64,000 nt of DNA from Octopus vulgaris (Eukaryota), in the NCBI GenBank assembly GCA_951406725.2, contig OX597817.1, forward strand, positions 112,158,001 through 112,222,000, read 5' to 3'. The notes under the pieces were generated by a model. The model did not search any database and was not told where the DNA came from. It worked only from the letters and a program-made list of their open reading frames with translations. Of this stretch, positions 1 through 13,308 are shown one piece after another. Made by a program: the position numbers and the translations under genes. Position 1 is the stretch's first letter. Each line of letters begins with the position of its first letter.

Positions 1-1005
1 TGGAATTTTAGAACATAGTATTAAAAAGAGATGGTGCCTTTTGACACCAGCATGCCTGATACAGCCCAAGCTCCTTGGATATAAAACTATCAATTTTAAA
101 AATATCTATATTTAAATATAAACATTCCCTTCATGTTTTACCTAAGGACATTTTAATTAACTTTTAAAATACCAGATTAATAATGGATTAATTAACCATC
201 TTTTTTTTTCATTCCTTAAAACTCTTTATTATTGAAATATATGAGCAGTGTTTTTAATTAGAAGAGTGAAAAGAATAAACTAGCATTCATTATTTTGTAA
301 TAGATTAGACAAAAATTCTCAAAAGAAAAATTTTAATAAAACTACTCTAATCCTATGTGTGTGTGTGTATAAATGTTCTTATTTTTAAATAGCTAAAAAT
401 TAGTGGCATGAAATAGTCGGAAATAGGCAAGAAATAGTCTATTAAGAAGTTTAAAAAGAGAAAGGTTTCTAATAAAATCTTTTACCTGATGATGAAAGGC
501 TATTTTCTTTTTCTAGAATAAATAATTTAACAAATTATTTATTGGCAAATTAGCAAAGATGTTCGAAAATCTAATAGAATAATTCTTGGCACCAACTATC
601 TGTACTCTGTTGCCAAGGTCAACTTTGCCTTTCGTCCTTTCATGATTGATAAAAATCTACGAATCCAGTGTAGTGGATTAGCAGAGACATAAGAATGTTT
701 AACTGGATGCCACGCAATAATTGTTCTGGCTATTTGCATTCTGAATTCTAATCTTACTTGGATGGCAGACTCAGTCTCTCACCCAGTTTAACAGCATCAG
801 CTGGCACCTTTATAGGAGTCAAAACTGAACTGATGTCTAGTTTGAAGATGTCTCCATCCCTCCCACCAATGTTGGAGGACCACCTGTCTGTAAGCAAGAA
901 GAAAAATTTATTATTCCAATAGTTTGTTAGAGCAGTCATTAGAGTCAACTTTTCAGACATAAATTGAAATTTATAGTTGTGAATTCACTGGTTATTATAT
1001 ATATA

Positions 1006-1213
1006 TTTCTTTACTGCCCACGAGGGGCTAAACATAGAGGGGACAAACAAGGACAGACAAAGGGATTAAGTCGATTACATTGACCCCAGTGCGAAACTGG
1101 TACTTTAATTATCGACCCCGAAAGAATGAAAAGCAAAGTCGACCTCAGCAGAATTTGAACTCAGAATGTAGCAGCAGACGAAATACTGCTAAGCATTTCA
1201 GTCGGCGTGCTAA
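1006..1213 (-). mobile_element. tRNA-derived SINE (family A), slightly 5'-truncated, 15-bp TSD
   Basis: Matches the copy at 61416-61644; tggttattatatata at 989-1003 and 1216-1230. Confidence 0.85.
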
Positions 1214-1267
1214 AATGGTTATTATATATAGTTTACAAATTATTTATCTTGTAATCTTTCATTTCAG

Positions 1268-1423
1268 CTCAAAAGAAGAGAAGAAAGAGAAATAAAAGGC
1301 TTCATCAAAGAGCGCTGTCTATAGATGAACTTCTTGAAAGTCCAACTTTTAAAAAATTTGTAACATCAATTGAGTATGTGTTTGATTCTGCTGAAGATAT
1401 AGATTTTGGATCTTTGGATCCAG
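1268..1423 (+). CDS. NIPBL: NIPBL exon 1 in window (QKKRRKRNK...ESPTFKKFVTSIEYVFDSAEDIDFGSLDP)
   Basis: ttcag acceptor, gtaagt donor, phase 1/1; resembles NIPBL DSSTFKRFTASIENILD. Confidence 0.9.
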
Positions 1424-1488
1424 GTAAGTAATTTTACTGGCTTTCCCACTACTGTTGGTGTAACATACTCTTCTTTATCTTTTATATA

Positions 1489-3715
1489 CTATTGATACCT
1501 TGCAGTATGAGTTTCATTCCATGATGGAGCTTGTTTTATGATTTACTCATTTTACAAACCAGTTTTCCCCATTGAAATTAATTCAAATATAATTAATCCG
1601 TTCCAACACCCCCAAACCACCCAAAATCATTTTTCATGGGTTTTAAAACAGAAAAGGTGCAGTTACAAGGAAAATGATCATTATAAAAACAATAAAAAAG
1701 AATGCAAAAGAAATATGTAAACTGGTTTTATTAATTTAATTACCTTAAAGATGGGACAATTTGTGCACAAGGAAGACAATGGAGTAGGGAGGAGGAGGAT
1801 TATTGTTTGGGAGGAGCACCTCCTTCCATTAAGACTTGAGGAAGAACAATTTCTGGCATTTTTTTCTCTCATTTAGCTTAATTTAGGCTTTTCCTTCACT
1901 TTCTTCACTTTTCACACTTATAGGTTGTTTCGTTAGAAACATATCAAAAGAAACCTGCTTTTTCAAAATGTTATGAAAATGTACCAGAGCAGTGTCATTA
2001 AATAAAGCAGCTGCATGACCTGCACATACTTTTTCAGGATGATTTTTTTTCTACAAATTTAGAAACATACTGCCACTTTGCCAACACTGCCTTTATGTCA
2101 CTTGTAGAGATAGCCTTCTCTGCTACAATGTCCTCCTCCATAGAACCAATCTCTTTCACCACATCTGAAAGTTACTGCAGTTCATCCATTTTCAACTCCT
2201 GTCAATCTTGAGACCCATGGACTTGCCAAGTGACACTGTCTCCTTGACTACAGATGTCTCAGACAAACCCCCTCAAAGTCTCTTTCAGATACGCAGTCAG
2301 GTCACAGCTTCCACCATGCAGAATTCAGTATTCTCATCATTACACCCTGCCAGGCCATATCAATGATTTTCAGGCAGGTAGCAATGTTGTAGTGCTCTTT
2401 CCAAAACACACAAGGGGTTAGATATGTATTTTTGGTGACTTCAAAGCACCAACAAAACAGGTGTTTGGCACACAATTTCTGAAAATTAGAGATCACCTGT
2501 TGGTCCATGGGTTGCAAGATATGGGTGGTGTTGCGTGAAAGGGACTGAACTTTTATGAATTTAAATTCATCCAGGATATCACCTTTGAGGCTAGGAGTGC
2601 GAGCAGGAGCATTGTTGGGGATGAGGGCCCTGAGAGGAATGTTTTCCCTCTATATGACCTGCAGCCTCTCCCTCAGGATTTTGTGCGACTTGAATGCTTG
2701 TGAGTTTTCAGAATGGTAGACAAGGAGCAGCTTAATCTTCAAGTCTACACTTGCATTGGTACAAAGGATTAGAGTTAGCCTATCTCTCATAAGTTTGTGG
2801 CCTGGCATTTCTTCTCTTCCGTAGTTATGTAGGTTCTTCAGGGCATTTTTTTTCCAAAAAAGGCCAGTTTCATCACAGTTGAATACCTGTTGTGTGATGT
2901 ACCTCTCGGCTGTGATGAGCTGATGGATTTCATGCACAAAATCTTCAGCTGCCTTCATGTCAGAACTTGCTGCCTCTCCATACCTGATGATGCTATGGAC
3001 ACCAGTCCTCTTCTTGAAATTATTGAATCAGCCATGACTGGCCTTAAATGTATCTGCTGATGTCTCCTCTGTCAGTGTTCCTGGGTTCTGCTTCAGGAGA
3101 TTCCCATACAGCACTCATGCTTTTTCCCAGATGATGGTCCCTGGGATACAATTGTATTCCCTGGGATACAATTTTTCCATCTCTTCATGGACAGATGTGC
3201 GCTGTGTGGAGAGCCTGGAGACATCCTTTGCTATTGTAATGGCCTTGATCTTGTCCTTTTTCTTCAGAATGGTGCATATCATTGATGTACTTTGGTTGTA
3301 TTGACATGCTATGTCCACTACATGCATTCCTCTCTCATGTTTATCAATCATTTCCTGCTTCAATTCTATTGTAATCAACTTTTTCTTCTCAACACTGTCC
3401 TTTGCACTAATTTTCTTAAGACCCTTTGCTAACACAACTAATTATTACAAAGTAATAGCAAAAAGTGCACAGAACTAAAAACAAAATACTGGAAAGAACA
3501 TAATAAGGATGCTACCACATTAAAATAAACACGTGAACTAGTGAGTGAAGGCTGTGCTTGTTGGAAGAGCTTGTACAAGCTCAGCACTGACTAGCAGTTG
3601 CTTGTATGAAATTTGCGTGTACTGCTGATTTCCACTTGTACTTCAAGACAAACATTCACATGAGTCTCAACACATTACTCGTAAAATGGTGAACTCATAC
3701 TGCGAGGTTCTACAG
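1489..3715 (-). mobile_element. Decayed Tigger/pogo DNA transposon (~2.2 kb)
   Basis: TA-flanked imperfect TIRs (core accttgcagtatgagtt / aactcatactgcgaggt); fragmented transposase with HTH (3115-3435), VFNCDETGLFWKK, QPMDQQVI and C-terminal QVSFDMFL. Confidence 0.9.
1925..3435 (-). pseudogene. Pogo/TIGD-like DDE transposase pseudogene
   Basis: ORFs 3115-3435, 2650-2958 and 2302-2517 are consecutive pieces broken by frameshifts and stops. Confidence 0.88.
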
Positions 3716-4197
3716 TATTTAAAACTTTTTTTATTTATCTAATTAAATTTGCTATATGTATTTTTCTTCTGTTTTCTTTTCATGTATCCTCCTTCACTGT
3801 AAACTGTTAGGTTTATTTTGAAATATTTATCCACAAATTTGTAAACTTGATATTACTTCAAAAATAAGTATCTAAAATTCATATTTTATTATGTCAATAG
3901 TATGTTTTTAATTGAAAACCAAATAATCTTGCTTACAATTTACGAATACAAATACAATATTTCAGTGTTAGAATTTATGTAAATGATATATAATATGACC
4001 TAAGCTTAAAATGTCATAATTGACCTAAGATCAGTGAAAAAATATTTATGTTTCGTAATACCTTGAAATAAGTATGTAGCTTTTTGTTTCAGTTAAAAGT
4101 TAATCTAGCAAAGCTATATCTAAAAATGTAATCCTTCTATTACTATTAAGTTAGGCAGTATCTTCTATTTTATAAATTTCTTCATTTCTTTTATTAG

Positions 4198-4304
4198 ATG
4201 ACGATGACGTTGAATGTCCACCGGAGTCATTAATCTCTAGGCAAGTTATGTCTGAGATTTGTAGTGAAGCAGCAAAGTTGAAGTCTATGGGTGTATTCAA
4301 TCAG
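4198..4304 (+). CDS. NIPBL: NIPBL exon 2 (DDDDVECPPESLISRQ...SEAAKLKSMGVFNQ)
   Basis: ttag/gtaatt; phase 1/0; resembles SESAKIKAMG. Confidence 0.92.
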
Positions 4305-5352
4305 GTAATTATGAGCATACAAGGCCATTTTTATTTTACAACATCCATTTATAGGTTTATTCCTGATTTCTAAAGCCTGTTAATATGCATGCCTCATCAC
4401 CATCACCAAAACCATCCCTATATCTTCCATTTTCCCAGCTGATATGAGTTAGACAAGCTGTCATGTTCAATATCAGTTCTTTTTCACTGCCCTCCTAGAT
4501 AGATCTAGGGTCATGTTTTGCTTGTATGTTCTATTTTTGGCATAGCTTCTATGATGGGATGTCTTCCTGTTTATTACCAACCACTTTACTGAGTGTAATA
4601 AGTGCATTTTATGGCACTGTCATTTGAGTGGATGCCTTGTCCCCAGTAAGACCAAAGAGTTTCTTTATTCTATGTTGTCTTTGTTCAACAATTGCTTAAA
4701 CATTTCTATCAATAGATAGAATATATCTCTTTAACAAAAGTACATTAGATCATGATGTAGGAATGTTAGACAACATCCAACCGGACATAGTGTAATAAAA
4801 GAACTAATGCTTCAAAAGTGAATGTTTTTGATTTGATTTTAATCTTTTGCTTTTTGGTAACCTTCCATTCAGCTGGAAAATAGGAATTCTTCCTTAAGTC
4901 AGATAGACTAAAAACTAGACTAAATCACGATGGTTCTGTAAATAGTACATTTAACAAAAAAAGCCTCTTTATCTGTTTCTTGCTCTGTGCACTCTAAATA
5001 ACTCTTGTCCAAAATTATCCTATGTCACTCTACAAGGCTCCCCACCATTAGAAAGATTGTTTCACAACGACTCATTTTCTTCAGATGAAGAAAATAGCAC
5101 CTACTATTTAGCTACTATAAAATTTCTCACCAACACATTCTGTCTTGTGGTTTACAGATAGACTGTTTTATCACTACTATAGCATCCTCTGCTCCATTTG
5201 GTTAGTTTGTCACATACCACCTTCATTCAGCCTGTCTCCCTTTTTTGTCCTCCATATTGTATCAACCTCCACTGGACTTTACACTAACTATTGTGTCATA
5301 CAGTACAAAATATTAAGTTTTGTACTGTACGGCATAGATGTTAGTTAATTAA

Positions 5353-5540
5353 GGAAGTGAGCTGGCAGAAATGTTAGCACACCAGGTGAAATGCTTAGTG
5401 GTATTTCATCTGTCTTTACGTTCTGAGTTCGAATTCTGCCAAGGTCGACTTTGCCTTTCATCCTTTCGGGGTTGATAAATTAAGTACCAGTTGTATCCCT
5501 CCCCCCAAAATTTCGGGCCTTGTGCCTAGAGTACAAAAGA
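5353..5540 (+). mobile_element. SINE family A copy
   Basis: gagctggcagaa head, gagttcgaattc B box, gtcgactttgcctttcatcctttcgggg body. Confidence 0.85.
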
Positions 5541-5896
5541 GTACAAAATGTTAATTCTCTAGAAATCCCTCTCTGACCATATTTTCCTGCACCAATTCAA
5601 GAGGAACTCTCTTATTTCTGACCAAACTACAGGTGAAAAAAATAGATGAACTTTTGCATATTCCAGACTACTTACTTCTTACTGACATATTTAGGCAGAA
5701 TACAAATAAATGTTTCTTTTCATGACTTTCAAAATCACTTCTTATATTAGAGCAATATATCAACATGGCTTGATTGATACTGGTTTCCTGTAAAAAAAAT
5801 TGGTTACTTTGCTTTTTAATTGAAAAAATTATTGAAATTAAAATAATAGGCTAAAAATGTGTTAACTTGTATTTTTTCTTTCCCCTTTTCTTGTAG

Positions 5897-5983
5897 ATCC
5901 CTGGTGATAAACTTGTGAGATTATTGGCTATTTTACAATGGAATGTTCGAGATGGCATGAAATTAACTCCAAATATAAACCAG
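5897..5983 (+). CDS. NIPBL: NIPBL exon 3 (IPGDKLVRLLAILQWNVRDGMKLTPNINQ)
   Basis: polypyrimidine tract + gtag acceptor, gtatag donor; 87 nt, phase 0/0. Confidence 0.9.
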
Positions 5984-6460
5984 GTATAGTTTTCGAAGAT
6001 GCATTGTTTCTGACAGTTATGTAAATTTTCTAATTGCCTCACCTTTGGTACTGTACCATCACCTATTCTTTTCTCTTGAATTATTTAATATTTATCAGTA
6101 TAAAAGTTCATTTAAAGTGATGCATTTGGTATTAGATGACCTTCAATTTTTTTTTCTTTTACCATTGCCCAGTCATTTATTCCCATATGTGTAGCACATG
6201 TAAACTGCTTGATCAGTTACCTTGAGATTAATTTGTCTTTAGAATGTCATGTGTGATGGTAGAATCTTTTATGGAGATATTTGTTAAGCTGTTAATGTTG
6301 TAATGTAGCCTTTAAAAAAGTTTTGTCAGGTTTACAAAGTTTACTTTAGTGTATGAAATGGTTTTTTTTATGTAATTTGTGCAGATGTGATGATGGAAAG
6401 GGAGATAATATTTGTATTTCCTGATTTTATTTTTGTTGTCATTATTATATCTGTATTTAA

Positions 6461-6880
6461 GGTGGCAAGCTGGCAGAATTGTTAGCACACTGGGCGAAAA
6501 GTTTAGTGGCATTTTGTCTGTCTTTACGTTCTGAATTCAAATTCTGTTGAAGTTAACTTTGCCTTTCATCCTTTCAGGGTCAATAGAATAAGTACCAGTG
6601 GAACACTAAGGTTGATTTGATTGACTTAGCCCCTCCCTCAAACCTGCTGTCCTTGTGCCAAAATTTGAAGCCATTATTATGTCTGTATTTAAGGTGGAAA
6701 AATGGCAGAATTGCTACTGCATTGGACAAAATACTTAGCAGCATTTCTTCTGGCTTTTACATTCTGAGTTCATATTCTGCTGAGATCAACTTTACCTTTC
6801 AACCTCTCAGTTGAATCCTGTGGTTGATGTAATTGATTAGGCTTCTAACAAAATTTCAGGCCTTGTGCCTATAAGTAGAG
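6461..6880 (+). mobile_element. Two head-to-tail SINE family A copies (6461-6671 and 6693-6880)
   Basis: Both have the family head and body, with different 3' tails; 21-bp direct repeat at 6440-6460 and 6672-6692. Confidence 0.8.
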
Positions 6881-7340
6881 AGTTTATATCTGTGTTGTAC
6901 TTATATGGAGTATTTCTGAATGATGTGTTTTGATTTTATTTTTGATTTATGTTTTTAGAAAATAACTTTTTAGAGATTTTTGAGTTTGTTTCATGCTGAG
7001 CCATTGCTTCTATTGCTTTCTGATATCATTTATACATCTTGAGGAAAAATAATTGTGTGACAAATTTGCATCGTTTAACTGGTATTCAATCTCTGAATAC
7101 CCCCACCTTCTCTTTTTCTCCTTTTTTTGCCTCCCTGGCATACTCAGGAGTACTTTATTCAGTATATTTATTGGTCTTTAAGAAAGTAGGGGATTATTTG
7201 AGAAATAGTTGGCTGTTAATTAAAACCAGTTGAGTGATTTTGTAGAGGCTTCTTTGCTACTTGAGTCTTTATTAAATTTGATGTGTAAATATCTTCACCT
7301 GCATTCATAGACTCTCTTACTTTTTGAATTTTTCTTTTTT

Positions 7341-7696
7341 TCTTTTACTTGTTTCAGTCATTAGACCATGGCCATGCTGGGGCACCATCTTTGAAAAATT
7401 CTTAGTAGAATTATTTTTTTAAAGCTTGGTACTTATTCTATCACAGGCTCTTTTACTGAACCACTATGTTACAAGTACATAAACACACCAACACTGGTTG
7501 TCCAACAGTGGTGGGGTATAAACACAGATACAAAGGCACACACACACATGACGGGCTCCTTTCAGTTTCCATCTACCAAACTCACTCACAGGGCTTTGGT
7601 TGGCCCAAGGCTATAGTAGCCCAAGGTGCTATATAGTAGGGTTGAACCTGGAACCATGTTATTGGGAAACAAGCTTCTTACCACACAGCCACACCT
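7341..7696 (-). mobile_element. tRNA/CORE-like SINE (family B) with cagcatggcc...actgaaacaagtaaaaga tail
   Basis: Reverse complement of the copy at 29878-30328. Confidence 0.8.
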
Positions 7697-7817
7697 CTTT
7701 TTATATAGAAATAATTTTTAAAATTCCTATAATCTTTCAGTAATATGTATTGTTGTATAATATAATATATAAAGTATATGTAAGTGTTTTAAGATGCATA
7801 CTTTATTATATTTAAAG

Positions 7818-8049
7818 GAAGAAGAAGATGAAGAACAAATTCTGTGGAGAGAAATTACAATGGAGAGAATAATGCGAAGTATGGATGCTTCTTTAGCAGC
7901 TCTGTATATTATTACTGCCCCAGATATGCCAAAACAAGTGTATTTGGAAGATGTGATAGAAAGGATAATCTTGTTTGCGAAATGGCAGCTGCAGAATACA
8001 GTCTATCCAGAGTTTGATCATGTTTATAAGATAGATCCTCATGCTAAAG
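7818..8049 (+). CDS. NIPBL: NIPBL exon 4 (EEEDEEQILWREITMERI...MPKQVYLEDVIERI...DPHAK)
   Basis: aag/gtaagg; core of ORF 7794-8150. Confidence 0.93.
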
Positions 8050-8507
8050 GTAAGGACACTTTGTTTTGTGTCAAGAATTTTATTTGTTTCAGCCTTGTAG
8101 CTGCAGTCATGCTGGAGCACCATTGTATCTTTCTGAAACCCTTGTCATAAAATTGCTTATGTCTGTCCATAGCTTAAATAATAGTATCTTGATTTCTAAA
8201 ATCAACTTTGTGCTTCATAAATAAAAGTTGTAGCATAATTTCAGATTTTGATGACATATGATTATCATTGTTTTAATATCCATTTTCCATGCTTGCATGG
8301 AATTTGCTGAGGCAGTTTTACTGTTGCCAGATACTCTTCCTTTCACCAGGAAGTTGAGATTAAACAGTTTGGTATTCTAAATTCGTATTAAGGTTATAGA
8401 ATCTATGTAATGAAAATAGCAGAACTAAACTGTTCATTCATGCCCCAAGTTAGTATTGAAAGTATGGTTGGAATTATTATTATATAATCTAATACACTTT
8501 TGTTTAA

Positions 8508-8719
8508 TCCTTTAGCATTCAAATTACTCCATCAATTGTAATACTTGTTTATCCACATGGTTTTGAATTAATCATGCAACACCTCGTGGCTTTGAGATTT
8601 TGCTGATGTGATTGCTTTATCTTTAAAACATCATTTTAGAGTAGGTGTAAGAGGCCAGATTTAGTCGTAAAGCAGGCTGAATGTTTGAGATGGATATGGC
8701 CAGTTTAAATGCTAAAGGA
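8508..8719. mobile_element. piggyBac-like MITE
   Basis: TTAA-tcctttagcatt...aatgctaaagga-TTAA; related copies at 34513, 45324 and 50351. Confidence 0.8.
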
Positions 8720-8847
8720 TTAAGCCAACTTTTATTCTATTAATAAAATTTTTTCTTGGTTTTTCTCTCATTGTATTTATCCGAATATTTGAAAAAAAAA
8801 AGAAAGAAAAATGTCAGTGTTATATTTGATTTTTTGGTTTAATTTAG

Positions 8848-9002
8848 ATGGTTATCATGGCAGTGTGAAAGCCAAGAGATCCCGGTCACATATAGTTAAA
8901 AATAAATTAACTATCATGCTCTATAATAAACTGTGTGAGCTAGTCGAGGCCTTAGGTGTGTTATTAAGTATCCAAGAACTTACTGACACTGTTGTCCTAC
9001 AG
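8848..9002 (+). CDS. NIPBL: NIPBL exon 5 (GYHGSVKAKR...MLYNKLCEL...LTDTVVLQ)
   Basis: ttag/gtaagt; phase 1/0. Confidence 0.93.
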
Positions 9003-9542
9003 GTAAGTTAGAATCTGTAAAAAATTAAGTTTATAAAATGAATAAATTTGATTATCCTATCTATAAGAATTGCATGAACTCTTTGGTATTTAAAGAAAAC
9101 TATGAATATGAATGTCTTTTTGGAGTATGTGATTATATATATATATATATATGTATTTTTTCTTTTCTCTTCATAAATTTATCAAATCCGAAATGAATTT
9201 CAGTAAATATTTAAATAATTTCAAGTATGTTATTTTAGATGTGTAAAAAAAATTAATGAGGTTGTGGCTATCTTTATTCTGGAAGAAACTGTTTCCTTTA
9301 CATCTTATATTATCAATTTAAAGAAGACTGTAGTTTATCACTTTTTAATCATCTGTTTTAAAAATTATATTAACTCATTTGTCATATATATAACTATGAG
9401 AAATAAAGCCTGTATCTTTGAGTGGATATAATTTTATTTGAATTTATGCGTTCAGTTAACTAATGTCACTAATATACTTCATTTTGTTTGACTTTTAATA
9501 ATGTTTTGATTTTGGGTTATAATTCCATTTCATCCTTTTCAG

Positions 9543-9623
9543 GTTTCTACGTTAGGTGTGTCACCATTTTTTGTGGAAAATATAAGTGAAATGCAATTAA
9601 ATGCCATGAAGTTAGTCACTATT
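9543..9623 (+). CDS. NIPBL: NIPBL exon 6 (VSTLGVSPFFVENISEMQLNAMKLVTI)
   Basis: ttcag/gtaagt; 81 nt. Confidence 0.93.
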
Positions 9624-11756
9624 GTAAGTAATATAATATGTTTCATTTGATTGCTGCTGTTGCAACCACCACTGCTGTGTCATCATTATCATTGATGCAG
9701 TGTGTTATAGATTTATTGTACTTATCTAAATTCATTTGATAGTGGTATAATGGTTCTTTTTTCATATAACTAATTCTCATATCCTTTTTTCCCATTGTCT
9801 AACATATTACCATTATGCCACAAAGCAATACACATCATTATTATCACAACAACTACTTTTCCATGTTTGCTTGGGTTGGACAGAGTTTATTGAAGCAGAT
9901 TTTCTGTAGCTAAACACCCTGTCACCAACCCTAATCTCAGTCCACATAAGTTTATACTTCTCCATGGCTGGATGTGTTTCCATAGAATATTGGAAATAAA
10001 TGACACTCATTTGCAACTATTGAGTGATGTTAAAACAAGGGGACACATTCACACACACAGTTATTTCAGTTTCCATCTATCAGATCCACTTACATAGTAT
10101 TGCTCAACCCTGGGAATGGTAAAAGACATTTGCCCAAAGTGCCATGCTGTGGGACTGAACTCAAACCTGTGTGGTCAGACAGTAAACTTCTTAACAGCAA
10201 GACCACAACTGTTTCTTACATAGATATGAAAGCCTAGAATGTTATTAGCAACAGATATAAATTGATTTGTTAAAAACTTGCAGCCACAGTGTAGCATTAG
10301 GCACTTGGAAAAAGATTATTATATAATCCGAGGTCATTTGCTGACCAAAGATATTTTTGACATGACAACTCTACCTTTTATCCAGACATAATGTAACTTG
10401 TATTAAATGATATAAGTGATTTTGTTTTTAAAAAAAGGAGGGTATGGTTTTATTTCTAACATGCTACTACAAGCCTTCTGGTTGAAAAACCAAAAAAGTT
10501 TTCTATATGGAACCATTGTCTTTTCAAACCCCATTAGATTTCTTTATTCCACTGAGTAACTAGTTTTAATGTCAAAGTGAATGCAAGCATTGTTTTTGCT
10601 CAAGCAGTGACAAGCAAAGATGTAGAATGTCAGTATTTGCACTTACGTGCACACATTTGACAAGCTTCCATTCTGTTTTATCTTACCAGTTCCACTCATA
10701 AAGAATTGGTTAGTCTAAGGTTATGGTGGAAAATACTTGCTTAGAGTGTCATGCTAAGAGACAAAATTCAAAACCATGTAGTTACAAGGATAACTCCATA
10801 TCCACACAGACATTCCTGTGTCTTTTTCCATAAATGAGTGTGTTAAAGAAGTGACAGGAAAACTGACATCAAGCCACATGAGATGATGGGACATTGAAGT
10901 GGGAGAAAGCAGACAAGATGAGGAAAAATCATAAGAAAGCAAATCCAACTATATAGATCAGTAGCCAGCAACATTTAAATCTCACCAAATATACACTAGA
11001 CACTTTTTTAGCTGAAAATAATTCCATATTATCCTTCATCCCTACAATATACATCAGTAAGTTTGTTCTCTATTAATTAAAAGAAAAGTAATGCCATCAC
11101 ATCCTTAGGAAGACTGATTTGTTGAAAAGTTTTCAGTAAAATCCTATCTGTTCCTTACTTTTATTTATCTGTTACATTCAACATCTTCAACATACCCTGT
11201 TTGTTTGACATTATACTGTAACCCATTCAATCAAACCTTATATAAACAAATTAGAATCTTGTTTCCATGAAAACAAGTTAATAGCTATAGGGAATAAATT
11301 CACTAAGGAATATCAACTCATACTATAAATTACACTCAACAATGTCTTCTTAATCCATATACAATTTCAACATTCTATTATATAAAATACATTTTTATGT
11401 GGTTCACATTTTGATATACTTCTCAAATAAATTGCTTTCTAATCTAAACTACACTTAATGGAGTTATTGCATTATCTTTCATCTATGGTTCAGACATTCA
11501 CAGACTTTACCAGCTAGCTCTGAATCTTACCTATTGCATTCAAATCATTAGGATTAACTTTGACTTGTATCTCTCTGTGAGTGGTGAAATAAAAGCAAAT
11601 AAGATACCTATACTTCATATGCTTTCAAAAATAGAAAATTTCATCATTTGTACAGAAAAATACTAAGATGAAAAATTTGTATTAAATGATTGTTTTAACA
11701 TTTTTGTATCTTTTTAAATACAAATATTATCTCAATACTTAACATATATTTTTCAG

Positions 11757-11857
11757 ATTTTTTCAAAATATGACAAACACAGGCAGCTTATTCTTGAAGA
11801 TATTTTTGCTTCTCTTGCTCGTTTACCATCTAGCAAACGAAATCTTCGGAATTACAG
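11757..11857 (+). CDS. NIPBL: NIPBL exon 7 (IFSKYDKHRQLILEDIFASLARLPSSKRNLRNY)
   Basis: ttcag/gttatt; phase 0/2. Confidence 0.93.
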
Positions 11858-12239
11858 GTTATTTTTTTTTGTTTTGAAACTTTTATCATGAAATTAAATT
11901 TTAATCATTTTGAAGTATATAGCTTAATTGTACTTAAAATATATTTACATAACTTCATAACATTTCATTAATAATGGCATGCGTATTCTAAATATGAGTT
12001 AGTAGATAGGAGTGTATGAACAGCTTTGCTTGCTATCTGAAGTTACCTTTTTGTAGGTAAAGTGTTTCAATGTGAGATTAGTTCTATAAGAAAATCCAAG
12101 AAGTAAGGCTAAACATTTATTAAGAATTACAATAATCAACTGATAAACTATTTTGCACTTGTTTTGAGTCTGTGAAGCTTTTGTTAAGATTCTTCATTGA
12201 CATGTATTTTATCTTTCTAATTTTTCTTCTTGTTTCTAG

Positions 12240-12384
12240 GTTAAATGCAGAAGAATCAATTCAAATGGTAACTGCCCTTGCTTTACAGTTGATCCAGTGT
12301 GTTGTAAAAGTTCCCAAACCAAAAATAGCAATGAATCAATTTATGGGGGAGGAAAAAGCTCCGGAAAAAAATTCTAAAGGAAAG
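12240..12384 (+). CDS. NIPBL: NIPBL exon 8 (LNAEESIQMVTALALQLIQCVV...KGK)
   Basis: ctag/gtatgt; phase 2/0. Confidence 0.92.
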
Positions 12385-13225
12385 GTATGTGAAAGGTTTT
12401 ACAAATAAAAAACTAAAATAAAAATTTTAAATAGGGCTTACAAAATTTTCCTTTTAAAATATATCAGCAATTATTACTAAAATTAAGGAACTTGGTTATT
12501 ATTTTATAATGTTTGTTAGAAAATACTGTTTAATTTCTCTAAGCATGAATTTTATTGCTTTTGAAAATACAATCTTCAAACAAGAGAACCAGAAACCAGC
12601 AATAGAAACAAAAACTCTGAACACTGTCACCATCATTAGTAGTATGCCTGTTCTACTACAGGTTGGATTGATTTATTTTAGTGTAGATTACATTTTTCTT
12701 TCTTTTTCTTAGTGTATGTTTCTTGCTTAGTGTCACATCTTAATCCTTCTTTGTCCCAGTTATAATTAAAAACCCACTTACAGAAGTTTCCATAAATTGC
12801 GCATTACTCTTTTGTCATATGTTCAAATAGTTATCACCACTACTTTGCTCTATCTTTCTGTTCCTTACCATGTGTGTGTGTGTTTTTTGCTTTCAAGTTT
12901 TTCAATAAGCTTGCCTTCTATTTTAGGCACTTTTAGAACTATGCCTTAACTTATTTTAGTATTCTACCATTTCAATATTATTGGTGGTTAGGGTGTTGGA
13001 CTTGCGGTAAGTCCTAGATGTTTCATTGTGTCAAGGATGAGAAGGTATTTATATCTGCTTGTAATTACATGGGCATGGAAAGCAATTAGTGAAAGCTTTT
13101 ATCTTTGATTCTGTGCGATGGTCATTGGGGTAGATGTAGTGCTAGATATACTATGTCTGGAAAAGAGGGAAACAAAATTGAACAAATTTATCTTTTTTGT
13201 TTTAATGTTGGTATTTCTATTTCAG

Positions 13226-13308
13226 ACTGATAATGATGTGTTAATTGTAACATCTTATGAAACTGCAATGCGGACTGGATATAACTTTCTATCAGTTTTT
13301 TTAAAAAA
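13226..13308 (+). CDS. NIPBL: NIPBL exon 9 (TDNDVLIVTSYETAMRTGYNFLSVFLK)
   Basis: ttcag/gtatgt; phase 0/2. Confidence 0.93.
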
